Positions 1 to 8,876 are shown, numbered from the stretch's first letter. The stretch: 64,000 nucleotides of DNA from an uncultured virus (IMG/VR IMGVR_UViG_3300048552_000127) (IMGVR_UViG_3300048552_000127); one strand, 5' to 3'. Numbers and translations are program-made. Notes: generated by a model from the sequence alone, not told the origin.

Positions 1-113
1 GGATAGCTAGGAAGAATTGAATCTCTCTCTTCTGGCCTAAACCTGTTTGTAGGATTTCTAATCTACCGTTCTCTTCTTTAATAATAATTGGTTTCAATGT
101 ATTTTCCTTTATG

Positions 114-1712
114 TTAAAATCTTCTTGATGATAATAAATCAGAAGCTAGTGTTTTATAATTTGATAGTGAATGATATTTAGGGGTTACTAATACTTTAGA
201 TTGTGCTACTGTATTAAAAGCTGTCCCTGTTGCATCCACCCAATCATCCTTTCTTGCTGTTGTACTTTTCTTATTAGGGTCAAAGTTTTCATGTTCCTTT
301 AACCAAGCCTCTAATGTTTTAGCATTAGGGAATGAATCAGGGACTATATAAACTAGACCACTTGAACAAGCATTACAGAAAGGCTGGAAATCTTTCATCT
401 TCTTATCTGGTGTATTGCTTGGAGACTTATCTTCTGTAACATTTACACCTTCCCCTATAAGCTTACCCACTGTATAAGTGTGGTCTGTCAACCCTGAGCC
501 AGAATCCTTGGTTAGAATAACTGTAGTGTCATCCCCATCGTACAATGCTTGTGATAGTATTAAGTTATCTCTAGCACCTGCTAACCGCCTAAACCTGCCA
601 TAAATCTTATCTGAGTCTGGTTTACCTTCATATTCTGGATCATAATTAGAAGGAGCATAGTTACCTATTATCCAAAAGAACCCGTCTTTATCTTTTAGTA
701 TCTCTGGAGAAGCTGCTGTGTAATCCACTTGAGGATTTTCTTTAGAAGGTTCTGTATATGCTTTATCCCAAGCTCTATACCTTTTCACATCTGTAGGTAT
801 ATCTGTTATTTTCTTAGCCTTCTCCCCATCTTCACCTAGTACCCATTCTCTTTTCCACAAAGAAGAACCTTTAGGTCTTGAGTACCAGTTGCCGTACAAC
901 TGTGTGTTTCTTTCATGGTCTTCTAGGTTATTAAGTTCTGATAGATAAGCAGGGTTAGCTTTTAAACCTAATGGATTATCAAATATATTAAAGAATACAA
1001 AAGTAAATGTCTTAGGTCTTACATACCTTTCCCCTTCTTCTGAAGTAGGGTCTGGTACATATACTGCATCTCTATGATTCTCTATGAACCACTCTTCTGT
1101 GTCTCCAAATATAACTTCATTATCTTTTATTACAAAGTAACGTATAACACCTACTTTATCATCTGCTGGGAAGCCTTCATCGTTTAAGTAATACTCTACC
1201 CAAGGCAAGCACCAAGAATCTGGAGAAGGGTTTAATGTACCTACCATGAAGCTATCTGCTTTAGCCTCAGAACGTAGACAAGTCATCATAAAAGAGACTT
1301 GACTTTGAGAGAACTTATCTATCTCATCGAATGCAATAAGAGTAGCACCTGAACCCCTGTGATCTTCCTTATCTCTTTCGTGGTACATGTGACTGTACTG
1401 CACTCTACAGCCAGAGGGGAATTTCCAAGTGTTAGAAGAGGGTGTGCCTGCACCATTAAATAAAGGGTACATACTATTAGCTTTATCCCACAAGCCATTA
1501 CTTTGCATAATCTCTTTATAAGTTCTTCGGAAGTATATACCCCTAAAGTTTGGGTCTTTGTAAAAGGGTAGTGGAATCATGGTTAGCAATTCCGACTTGC
1601 CACCAAACCTTGAACCTCCCCATAACATAAAGTCCACTTTTCCTAACAAACTAAAAGCTAACCCTTGTTTACCCTCTTGAGGTTTAATATCTTTCCAAGA
1701 GTTATATGACAT
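114..1712 (-). CDS. terL: Terminase large subunit
   Basis: Walker A GGSRFGGKS, Walker B LIAFDEID, coupling motif TLNP, C-terminal nuclease motifs RAWDKA and DDWVDA. Confidence 0.95.
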   Translation of the reverse strand: MSYNSWKDIKPQEGKQGLAFSLLGKVDFMLWGGSRFGGKSELLTMIPLPFYKDPNFRGIYFRRTYKEIMQSNGLWDKANSMYPLFNGAGTPSSNTWKFPSGCRVQYSHMYHERDKEDHRGSGATLIAFDEIDKFSQSQVSFMMTCLRSEAKADSFMVGTLNPSPDSWCLPWVEYYLNDEGFPADDKVGVIRYFVIKDNEVIFGDTEEWFIENHRDAVYVPDPTSEEGERYVRPKTFTFVFFNIFDNPLGLKANPAYLSELNNLEDHERNTQLYGNWYSRPKGSSLWKREWVLGEDGEKAKKITDIPTDVKRYRAWDKAYTEPSKENPQVDYTAASPEILKDKDGFFWIIGNYAPSNYDPEYEGKPDSDKIYGRFRRLAGARDNLILSQALYDGDDTTVILTKDSGSGLTDHTYTVGKLIGEGVNVTEDKSPSNTPDKKMKDFQPFCNACSSGLVYIVPDSFPNAKTLEAWLKEHENFDPNKKSTTARKDDWVDATGTAFNTVAQSKVLVTPKYHSLSNYKTLASDLLSSRRF

Positions 1713-1728
1713 ATACTACCTATTGTTA

Positions 1729-2148
1729 TTATTTTCTAAAGTTTCCACTGACAACTGAACTCATGTCTGGCTCATCTTCTTTAACTTCTTCTTTCTTACC
1801 ACCACTCTTATTACCTGACATCTTCTTCTTATCTTCAACTTGTTTAGCTTTAGTCTGTTCATCTATTAACTTAGAATAAATACTAAAACTCAGCTTAGGG
1901 TCGTATGTGGGGTTAGGTTTTAATTGTGGTTCTCCGTCTTTATCAACACCCTCTACTATATAAGGATGGTAGACGCTATTAGCTAAGTCTTCGATTTGAA
2001 TGAAATAGTGTTCTAATCTTTTACCTAAATAATCAGTGACTTGTTTATTAGTCATTGCCTTATTCTTAACACCCTCTTTCCTGCCCCTTGGGTTGCCACT
2101 TACGCCCTTAGGGAATTGGCCTTTAGTATTACGTTCTGGTTTATCCAT
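1729..2148 (-). CDS. terS: Terminase small subunit (putative)
   Basis: N-terminal GQFPKGVSGNPRGR motif typical of TerS; directly upstream of terL. Confidence 0.75.
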   Translation of the reverse strand: MDKPERNTKGQFPKGVSGNPRGRKEGVKNKAMTNKQVTDYLGKRLEHYFIQIEDLANSVYHPYIVEGVDKDGEPQLKPNPTYDPKLSFSIYSKLIDEQTKAKQVEDKKKMSGNKSGGKKEEVKEDEPDMSSVVSGNFRK

Positions 2149-2482
2149 ATACCCAACCCTCTACTACTTTAATCTCTACTATATTATCAGGGTCTTCTAT
2201 GACTTGCCCTGTAACAGTGTTTCTATACTCAACCCCTAATATATAATCATCTTCATCTATATCTGTTTCAATATTAGTAAGAGTGATTACGAAGTTAGTG
2301 TTGGCTTGATTCTTGGTAGTGACTTCCCTGTCAACGCTCCCTGTTATTTTTTTATTTTTCTTATTTCTTAATTGGATAAAACATGTCCAATCTGTCAAGT
2401 CTGTTACTTGCACTTTATCTATTTTTAATAAAGAAGAAAAAGACTTGGTACTAGCTCTTACAATTTTGTACTGTTTCGACAT
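2141..2482 (-). CDS. Hypothetical beta-rich virion-associated protein
   Basis: 113 aa ORF overlapping its neighbours in the late operon. Confidence 0.6.
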   Translation of the reverse strand: MSKQYKIVRASTKSFSSLLKIDKVQVTDLTDWTCFIQLRNKKNKKITGSVDREVTTKNQANTNFVITLTNIETDIDEDDYILGVEYRNTVTGQVIEDPDNIVEIKVVEGWVYG

Positions 2483-2687
2483 CCTCTTCCATTTCCTCTA
2501 TTATTATTTCTTGTTGTATTACATCTACTTCTATTACATCCGAAGATATATTAAAATCTAATGTTATATTCTCTTCAGATGTAATTATTTCTTCTTGTGT
2601 TATATTAAAATCCACTGTATCTACAGGAGTAAAGTAAACATTATTCTCTGCTATCACAGCATTGTTTAAGCAGAAAGGTAATATCAT
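2451..2687 (-). CDS. Hypothetical acidic protein
   Basis: 78 aa ORF abutting the stop of the large virion gene. Confidence 0.55.
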   Translation of the reverse strand: MILPFCLNNAVIAENNVYFTPVDTVDFNITQEEIITSEENITLDFNISSDVIEVDVIQQEIIIEEMEEDVETVQNCKS

Positions 2688-5600
2688 TTAACTGTACCCC
2701 GTATGTTCAGATAATATAGTTGGTGTGTTAGTAGCATCTAGTGGTGTTATTCTTCTTAACTCTGTAGTACCGTCAGCACTTCTTAGAGATATGAAATAAG
2801 CATCCTTTTGTAATACCCTAGTCACTCCGTCTTGCCCAAAGTAATAAGTTGGATTATTATGATTAGCTATAATCTCTGATACGCTTTCCTGTACATCTAA
2901 TATTGTGCTATTATCTGGGGCAGTGTAATTAGAATCAAGTAAAGCATTATCTGTGCCTCTCATGTTGGTTACCGTTGTTACTGTAGCAACTACATCACTG
3001 GCAGGATCGAAGTCATTTAATGATTGAATCTCAGAGCTTTTTGCTAACCCGTCTTGTATCTCTATAACAGTAGGAGAACTCACTGTAAGTGTTCTAGTGG
3101 CGTTATTCCATATATCTGATACTAGACTAGTAAAAGAAGATAACGTCCTTGTAGTGTAATCCCACACGTCCTGTGCTGTAAGAGTAGAACGACTACTAAT
3201 TGTAGCATCCAAGTTATCTAATCTCACATCGTCAGATGCTAAAGGTGTTGGCAGATTATCTACACTACTTTGTGTAGCTCTACTGGACACTGCTGCATCT
3301 AAGTATTGATCCACTAGCACCTTAATGTCCGTTATCTGCTCAGAGTTAGCATTATATAGCCTGTCATTTGGAACCCATATAATAGTACTTGAATCTTCTG
3401 CAATAATAGATTCGCCTTGATAGTGTTTCCATATTCCATTTATAACAGTTAATTCAGAATCTACTTTAGAGTTTTTTATCTTCAACCGTCCCTCTAGTAC
3501 TATATTATATTCATCGGGGTTATAAACCAACCCTAGTGCATCATATATCAAAGCACCCTGTGTAGTGGTGTTGACCCATCTCCACCAAGCAATACCTCTT
3601 CGACAATCAAATATATCATTATCATCATTAATATTAACTTCTACATCTGTAAGATTAGCTGTAAGTTCTCCTCCATTGGAGCTGTCTACTAGACTACCAT
3701 CTAAGCCTACTACACCATCAAAGATCATATTGTTATGGATGGTATCATCTACTTGCGAGTCAATAAGTGTTATACCATTTTCAGTCATTACAGCAAATAT
3801 TCTTAATGGTAACTTAGCCAGTACACCTGATTGCCAGTTAGCTTTTATTAGAATAACATCCCCAAGTTGTGTCACTTCACTGCCACCTACTCTGACCTCT
3901 ATATCATAGCCATTACCACCTGACACTACACTGTTGTCTATTAAGGCTGGATTTATAATAATATCTTCCAATAAAGTAGAACGTGTGTAGTTGATTACTA
4001 CGACTCTAGTCCCATCTATTAAGTTTGGAATTGTAATAGGTAATAAGGGTGCAGGTTCACTCCATATGTAAGTAGAATCAAATGGGCATTGTATTTCTAT
4101 GCCCTGAATATAACCATCCTTTAAAGGGAGGGAGTTTTTAGTCACTCTAACTTTTAAAAACCACTCAGTTTCAAAAGTATATCCAGTCTGAGAATTTTGT
4201 AAATTAACCAAGGTTAAGTCTGAATAAGTAGAAGGTTCAGTTTCAGATATAAGCCATACTTTATATTCTACAGAGAAGTTCCATGTATTATTACCAGTAA
4301 TGTTTACAGCAGTAGCAATACCTACGCCTTTTTGTACATTACTTTGTTGCTCTGATACTGTGTTTGGTATGTAATAAGCCTTTCTTCCATTGAATACAAC
4401 TTCCCCTGTACTTGCTAAGTAAGGTTGTACCCATATACTTCCCTGATCTCCAGTGGAGTTGGTAATAATTTCACTGGATGTTGAACCTTTGCCTAACTTA
4501 GGAGTATTACCTATCATACTTACAAAGTGGTAATCTGTATTAGATTGTATCTGATTGCCATGATCGGTGTCATTAAGCATTTTTATGTTACTAAATCTCC
4601 AACCACGTTGGGCAAAAGTATTATAATCCCTAGAACCTCTAGAGCTTGTACCGTTGTTTATAACCCTATTTATAGAGCCTCTGCTATCTCCACCTAAGTT
4701 AAATATTTCATAAAAGTCTGCATCAATAGGGAATATAATGTCCTGAGAATCACTGCCTATATTGACTTCTCCAGAGTTTGCCAATATAAAATGTCTGGTC
4801 TGGTCAGGCCAAGGCTCTGTTCCTATACGTTCAAAACCTGTTATAGCACCCTTGATATCTCCATTTCTTAGATATATACCTGCGTATAAGCCTCCATCTG
4901 TCCTTTTATAACCAGTGCTATATTTTATATAGGTAGAACCTCCAACCCCTCCTTTAAACTCAAAGGCGTATTTATTACCTCCTAAGTCTATGACAACTGC
5001 ATCACCGCCGTTATTATACAGGCTAGTAAATGCGAATAATTGTTTTGAAGAGGGTTGTGTAAGATATCTAGCTTCTATAGTTCCATTTAAAGGCCTATAA
5101 GCATTAGCAACTCTTTCAGATATAGGTGTTGCTTCTATGGAATAGATAATATGATCTGTTCCTGTAGTTTCCCCTAAGGTGATTCTTCTATTGTTAGTAC
5201 CTGTTAGTACAAATACTGCATTTGCATGGGAGTTTTTAACTAAACGAGATGTTACATAATTGCCATTGTGGTTGACTATACCCCAGTAGGAGTCTTGTGT
5301 TAATTCTATACTATGATCAGAGGAGAACTTAGGTTTATTAAAGACTACTCCTCCTGTACCTATTAAAACTCCTTCATTTAGGAAAATATCGTTGTTATTC
5401 ATCTCTACATATAGGTTAGGTATCTGTATAGATCCTACAGGAGTTTTGCCATTTGTATTATCTCCTACTGTAATAACACCTGTGGTATTATCATATAAGA
5501 AATGCAATCCTCTTTCATCTGCATACATATTAGATAAAGATTCACACTCTGTGTAGCAGTCTCCATTATTAATAAAGAAACCTATATGTGACGGTCTATC

Positions 5601-5897
5601 TCCATTTGAATCTACTGGGACTACAAAAGGAGAGGTTAACGATATAAAACCAGAGTCTAACTCTATAGTACCTGGAGAAGCGTTTATATCTCCTGTCATA
5701 TTCAGGATTACTATACCCGAAGTAGAACTATTACTTAGTTTTAATCTCTGTAATGAACTATTACACCATAAAGTAGATATGTCTAGGCTAGATTCATCTA
5801 TAGTTAGAGTGGCAGAGCCTCCCAAATCTAGGGAATCCCCTGCCGAATATGTAATATTCGATAGGTTGGAGTCTGAACTGATGTTTATATTAGCCAT
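2688..5897 (-). CDS. Large virion fibre/spike-like protein
   Basis: 1069 aa, Asn/Gly/Thr/Ser-rich beta-type N-terminal part; C-terminal W-x-x-x-TRTL repeats (VWDYTTRTL, IWNNATRTL). Confidence 0.6.
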   Translation of the reverse strand: MANINISSDSNLSNITYSAGDSLDLGGSATLTIDESSLDISTLWCNSSLQRLKLSNSSTSGIVILNMTGDINASPGTIELDSGFISLTSPFVVPVDSNGDRPSHIGFFINNGDCYTECESLSNMYADERGLHFLYDNTTGVITVGDNTNGKTPVGSIQIPNLYVEMNNNDIFLNEGVLIGTGGVVFNKPKFSSDHSIELTQDSYWGIVNHNGNYVTSRLVKNSHANAVFVLTGTNNRRITLGETTGTDHIIYSIEATPISERVANAYRPLNGTIEARYLTQPSSKQLFAFTSLYNNGGDAVVIDLGGNKYAFEFKGGVGGSTYIKYSTGYKRTDGGLYAGIYLRNGDIKGAITGFERIGTEPWPDQTRHFILANSGEVNIGSDSQDIIFPIDADFYEIFNLGGDSRGSINRVINNGTSSRGSRDYNTFAQRGWRFSNIKMLNDTDHGNQIQSNTDYHFVSMIGNTPKLGKGSTSSEIITNSTGDQGSIWVQPYLASTGEVVFNGRKAYYIPNTVSEQQSNVQKGVGIATAVNITGNNTWNFSVEYKVWLISETEPSTYSDLTLVNLQNSQTGYTFETEWFLKVRVTKNSLPLKDGYIQGIEIQCPFDSTYIWSEPAPLLPITIPNLIDGTRVVVINYTRSTLLEDIIINPALIDNSVVSGGNGYDIEVRVGGSEVTQLGDVILIKANWQSGVLAKLPLRIFAVMTENGITLIDSQVDDTIHNNMIFDGVVGLDGSLVDSSNGGELTANLTDVEVNINDDNDIFDCRRGIAWWRWVNTTTQGALIYDALGLVYNPDEYNIVLEGRLKIKNSKVDSELTVINGIWKHYQGESIIAEDSSTIIWVPNDRLYNANSEQITDIKVLVDQYLDAAVSSRATQSSVDNLPTPLASDDVRLDNLDATISSRSTLTAQDVWDYTTRTLSSFTSLVSDIWNNATRTLTVSSPTVIEIQDGLAKSSEIQSLNDFDPASDVVATVTTVTNMRGTDNALLDSNYTAPDNSTILDVQESVSEIIANHNNPTYYFGQDGVTRVLQKDAYFISLRSADGTTELRRITPLDATNTPTILSEHTGYS

Positions 5898-5926
5898 CGT
5901 TTATATTCAAATCCTTATTGTTTACA

Positions 5927-6094
5927 TTATAGATAGATGTCTTGCTCTGAATCCTCTTGGAAGAAGTCATCTGTAACGTCTGCTATAAAGCAATTCTCGC
6001 AGATATCTTCTCTCTCTTGTATATTCTGTTTATACTCTTTAATGGGAAGTTTACAAGATGAGCAGAGTGTATTTATATTATCTATAATATCCAT
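5927..6094 (-). CDS. Small zinc-finger-like protein (55 aa, not in ORF track)
   Basis: Manual translation MDIIDNINTLCSSCKLP...DICENCFIAD...; CxxC...CxxC; first ORF downstream of the minus-strand promoter at 6230-6258. Confidence 0.6.
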   Translation of the reverse strand: MDIIDNINTLCSSCKLPIKEYKQNIQEREDICENCFIADVTDDFFQEDSEQDIYL

Positions 6095-6229
6095 ATTTGT
6101 TATTCTTATTATTTATTTTAATTATTCTGTGCAGGGCACTTTACTTTTAGTCTAAAATATGTATATAATAGAGTATAGGTAGTAGGTGTTCTTTGTTGTT
6201 ATTGTTTATTTCTTTACCTTATACTTACC

Positions 6230-6258
6230 ATTATATAGCAAAAACGATCAAAAGTCAA
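6230..6258 (-). promoter_or_regulatory. sigma70-like promoter for the terminase/virion operon
   Basis: TTGACT-N17-TATAAT on the minus strand. Confidence 0.7.
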
Positions 6259-6336
6259 GTGTTTTGATGAAATTAGTTGAAAATAATTGAAATTAGTATG
6301 ATTTAGACCTAATTTGGCACTAATATGAGATAAATG

Positions 6337-6365
6337 TTGACAATATAGATGAGTGCAGGTATTAT
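6337..6365 (+). promoter_or_regulatory. sigma70-like promoter
   Basis: TTGACA-N17-TATTAT. Confidence 0.7.
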
Positions 6366-6393
6366 ATTTGGACATTAACTGAGGAGAGAAGTA

Positions 6394-6570
6394 ATGGATG
6401 TGAGTTTAGAAGAGCTGTTTGAGATTAATCAAGGTGCTATTAAATCTACTAAAGAGGGTATGGTACTGAAGGTACATGATATGAAAGGCACAGTAAGCCG
6501 ATTTGGTACACATGAAGAGTGTGTTGCATATAACCAAGCAATGCAAAATGTTATTGACATGTTAGGATAA
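6394..6570 (+). CDS. Hypothetical protein (58 aa, not in ORF track)
   Basis: GAGGAG RBS, ATG..TAA open frame after the promoter. Confidence 0.6.
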   Translation: MDVSLEELFEINQGAIKSTKEGMVLKVHDMKGTVSRFGTHEECVAYNQAMQNVIDMLG

Positions 6571-6616
6571 GGTGTGTAACATACCACTAAACAACAATAT
6601 AAAGGTAGTAGAATAT

Positions 6617-6913
6617 ATGGGAAACATTGTAGATGAACTTTGGGAAGATGAAGTTACCACACCATTAGAATATGAACTTAGACGTATGTTCTATGGATAC
6701 CTTGATGGATTGGGCAAGGATAATGTTATGACGGACTCTGGGATAGAGCAGTACCTACACACCAGTTTAGACTATAATGTCTCTACAGAGAGCTACGGAA
6801 GCTCTGACATGGACATAGATGGCATAGGTTGGAAGAATAGCTACAGTAAAGAAGAAATAGACTATTTGGAGAAGGGATTAGATTCTTTTAAATTAAATGA
6901 AGAAAATACTTGA
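6617..6913 (+). CDS. Hypothetical acidic protein
   Basis: ORF track 6572-6913; ATG at 6617 follows an AAGGT RBS. Confidence 0.6.
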   Translation: MGNIVDELWEDEVTTPLEYELRRMFYGYLDGLGKDNVMTDSGIEQYLHTSLDYNVSTESYGSSDMDIDGIGWKNSYSKEEIDYLEKGLDSFKLNEENT

Positions 6914-6938
6914 CATTTGGAGCTTTTTGCTATATAAT
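6910..6938 (+). promoter_or_regulatory. Consensus sigma70 promoter upstream of the tRNA region
   Basis: TTGACA-N17-TATAAT. Confidence 0.8.
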
Positions 6939-7005
6939 AGGAAGTATAGGGTAAGTAATAGAAATAGGTATAATACAATTACTTATATTATATAGCAAAT
7001 AAGAC

Positions 7006-7034
7006 TTGACTTGTGTTAGAAAATACGTTATAAT
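7006..7034 (+). promoter_or_regulatory. sigma70 promoter of the tRNA cluster
   Basis: TTGACT-N17-TATAAT, 15 nt before the first tRNA. Confidence 0.75.
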
Positions 7035-7049
7035 ACAGGTAAGAGAGTA

Positions 7050-7126
7050 GGGTCTTTAGCATAGTTGATTAATGCAGCCGACTAATAATCGGAAGATGCG
7101 GGGTTTAAGTCCCTGAAGACCCACCA
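7050..7126 (+). tRNA. tRNA-Ile(AAT)-like, atypical
   Basis: Acceptor GGGTCTT/AAGACCC, anticodon loop CTAATAA, encoded CCA; T-loop TTTAAGT is non-canonical. Confidence 0.7.
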
Positions 7127-7132
7127 GTTAAT

Positions 7133-7209
7133 GTTCTCATAGCTCAATCGGATAGAGCAATAGATTTCTAATCTATAGGTTGTAGGTTCAAATCCTACTG
7201 GGAACGCCA
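7133..7209 (+). tRNA. tRNA-Arg(TCT)
   Basis: Full cloverleaf, ATAGA-TTTCTAA-TCTAT anticodon arm, GGTTCAAATCC, CCA end. Confidence 0.92.
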
Positions 7210-7350
7210 CATTAGAAGGTAAAGCCTCTCATAGAAGCTCAAATATAGATGGGATAACCCATATCGCCTAGTAGACGTATTAGGAGTCCTTCAATTATTG
7301 ACCAGTGTTAGTAATCTTATTAATTAGAATTATAAGGTAAAAGCCAGAGT

Positions 7351-7532
7351 CCTTGCCCCCACCTCTTCCTTACATTGGGACGTAAGATACGTGAGAAGAT
7401 ATACTAGATAAGGTTTATCAGTTCCTTATGTTCTAGTTAGGCTATCAATAATACTGAATACAGCTTACCACCTGTCGGGTAAGAAAGAGATTAATGTTAT
7501 ATCATGTCCCACATGGTTGATATATGGCAGGG
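7351..7532 (+). ncRNA. Candidate structured ncRNA
   Basis: Closing helix CCTTGCC/GGCAGGG, four internal hairpins, complementary loops TGGGAC/GTCCCA; no ORF. Confidence 0.45.
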
Positions 7533-7625
7533 TTATTAATAAATATAACTACCTTGGCTAGTCGAGGTTAAATAATACCAGTGATTAGGCTCGTATATCA
7601 CAGGGGTAGTTATATTTATTAATAA
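7533..7625. repeat. 21-bp perfect inverted repeat
   Basis: TTATTAATAAATATAACTACC (7533-7553) / GGTAGTTATATTTATTAATAA (7605-7625). Confidence 0.9.
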
Positions 7626-7626
7626 T

Positions 7627-7702
7627 GTCTCAGTAGCTCAATTGGTAGAGCGTTGGTCTCCAAAACCAAAGGTTGTAGGTTCGATCCCTACCTGATTCGC
7701 CA
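7627..7702 (+). tRNA. tRNA-Trp(CCA)
   Basis: TTGGT-CTCCAAA-ACCAA anticodon arm, GGTTCGATCCC, CCA end; two acceptor-stem mismatches. Confidence 0.8.
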
Positions 7703-7704
7703 TA

Positions 7705-8000
7705 TTAAAGCGGTTTTTGATGCAGTGTGTTACCGCTATATAAACAAAAATGACCAACCTTGAGATGGGTATAAGCTAGTACGATGAGTAAGGTAACAAT
7801 CTTAGCACTTGTCCCAAGGATGGGGCGGTAATCTATCTGAGCCTACACTATTTATAGTGGCAGAGATTATGTCAAGAGCGGTGTTATGGGGGATCGAATC
7901 TATCAAGTCCTCGCATATTAAACAGGTTACATTGGTGGTAATTTCCACGTCCAGAAGTGATGCTTCTGGCAACCCGACCTCATAAGTCGATAAACTATCC
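7705..8000 (+). ncRNA. Candidate structured ncRNA
   Basis: ORF-free, raised GC, several hairpins (GCGGT/ACCGC, CCTTG/CAAGG, CACTAT/ATAGTG, CCAGAAG/CTTCTGG, CGAC/GTCG). Confidence 0.35.
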
Positions 8001-8174
8001 CTGATAAATAAGATTGTAATTGACTAATAGATTAAGACTATATACACTATAGAGAATTAGGTGAGTAAGTTTTGCTAAGTTTAATTGAATATAATAATTT
8101 GATTAGCTTTGTATATCAACCACCTATGGCTCTATGATCTTGGGTGCATGAAAGAAAATTAATGTAGGTAGAAT

Positions 8175-8840
8175 ATGGTATTAGATTTAACAGGTGAAAT
8201 ATTCGGGAAACTAACTGTAGTAGGGGAGGACAAGGGAACTCCCAAAGGGTATAATTATTGGAGATGCGAGTGTGAATGTGGAGGTAAATCGAGTGTAAGG
8301 TCTAGTTATTTAAGAAGCGGACATACTAAGTCTTGTGGTTGCCTGAGAAGTACCGTAAGTAAAGAACTAAACACAACACACGGCTTAGCAGATAACCGTA
8401 TATACAACGTATACATAGGCATGAAAGCTAGGTGTTATAATAAGAATAGCGGCTCTTACCCCAACTACGGAGGAAGAGGAATTACCGTATGCCCCTATTG
8501 GTTAGAATCCTTTGAGAACTTTTATAATGATATAGGAGTAGATTATGAAGAAGGGCTGCAACTAGACAGAATAGACAATGATTTAGGGTATTCCAAAGAA
8601 AATTGTAGATGGGCTACACCCCAACAAAATCAAATGAATAAAGGATATAATATTAACGCATCAAGTAAATATAAAGGTGTTTCTTGGAACAAACGTAGTA
8701 CCAAATGGTTAGCTAAAATAAAGAAAAACGGAAAGGTACATTACATAGGAACATTCACCTTAGAAACCGAAGCCGCACTCGCCTACAACAAGAAAGCATT
8801 AGAACTCAACGGAGAATATGCTTACTTAAATAAAGTATAA
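8175..8840 (+). CDS. HNH homing endonuclease with C-terminal AP2-like domain
   Basis: WRCECECG, KSCGC, YGGRGITVC, LDRIDNDLGYSKENCRWAT, SKYKGVSW...AALAYN. Confidence 0.88.
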   Translation: MVLDLTGEIFGKLTVVGEDKGTPKGYNYWRCECECGGKSSVRSSYLRSGHTKSCGCLRSTVSKELNTTHGLADNRIYNVYIGMKARCYNKNSGSYPNYGGRGITVCPYWLESFENFYNDIGVDYEEGLQLDRIDNDLGYSKENCRWATPQQNQMNKGYNINASSKYKGVSWNKRSTKWLAKIKKNGKVHYIGTFTLETEAALAYNKKALELNGEYAYLNKV

Positions 8841-8847
8841 TCAACCA

Positions 8848-8876
8848 TTGACACACACCAAACATTAGAGTATAGT
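8848..8876 (+). promoter_or_regulatory. sigma70 promoter upstream of cassette array 1
   Basis: TTGACA-N17-TATAGT. Confidence 0.75.

Noticed and set aside
7960..8000. A fourth tRNA (Met/Ile2) at the CTCATAA loop
   Set aside because: Only an anticodon-like arm is present; there is no T-arm, acceptor stem or CCA
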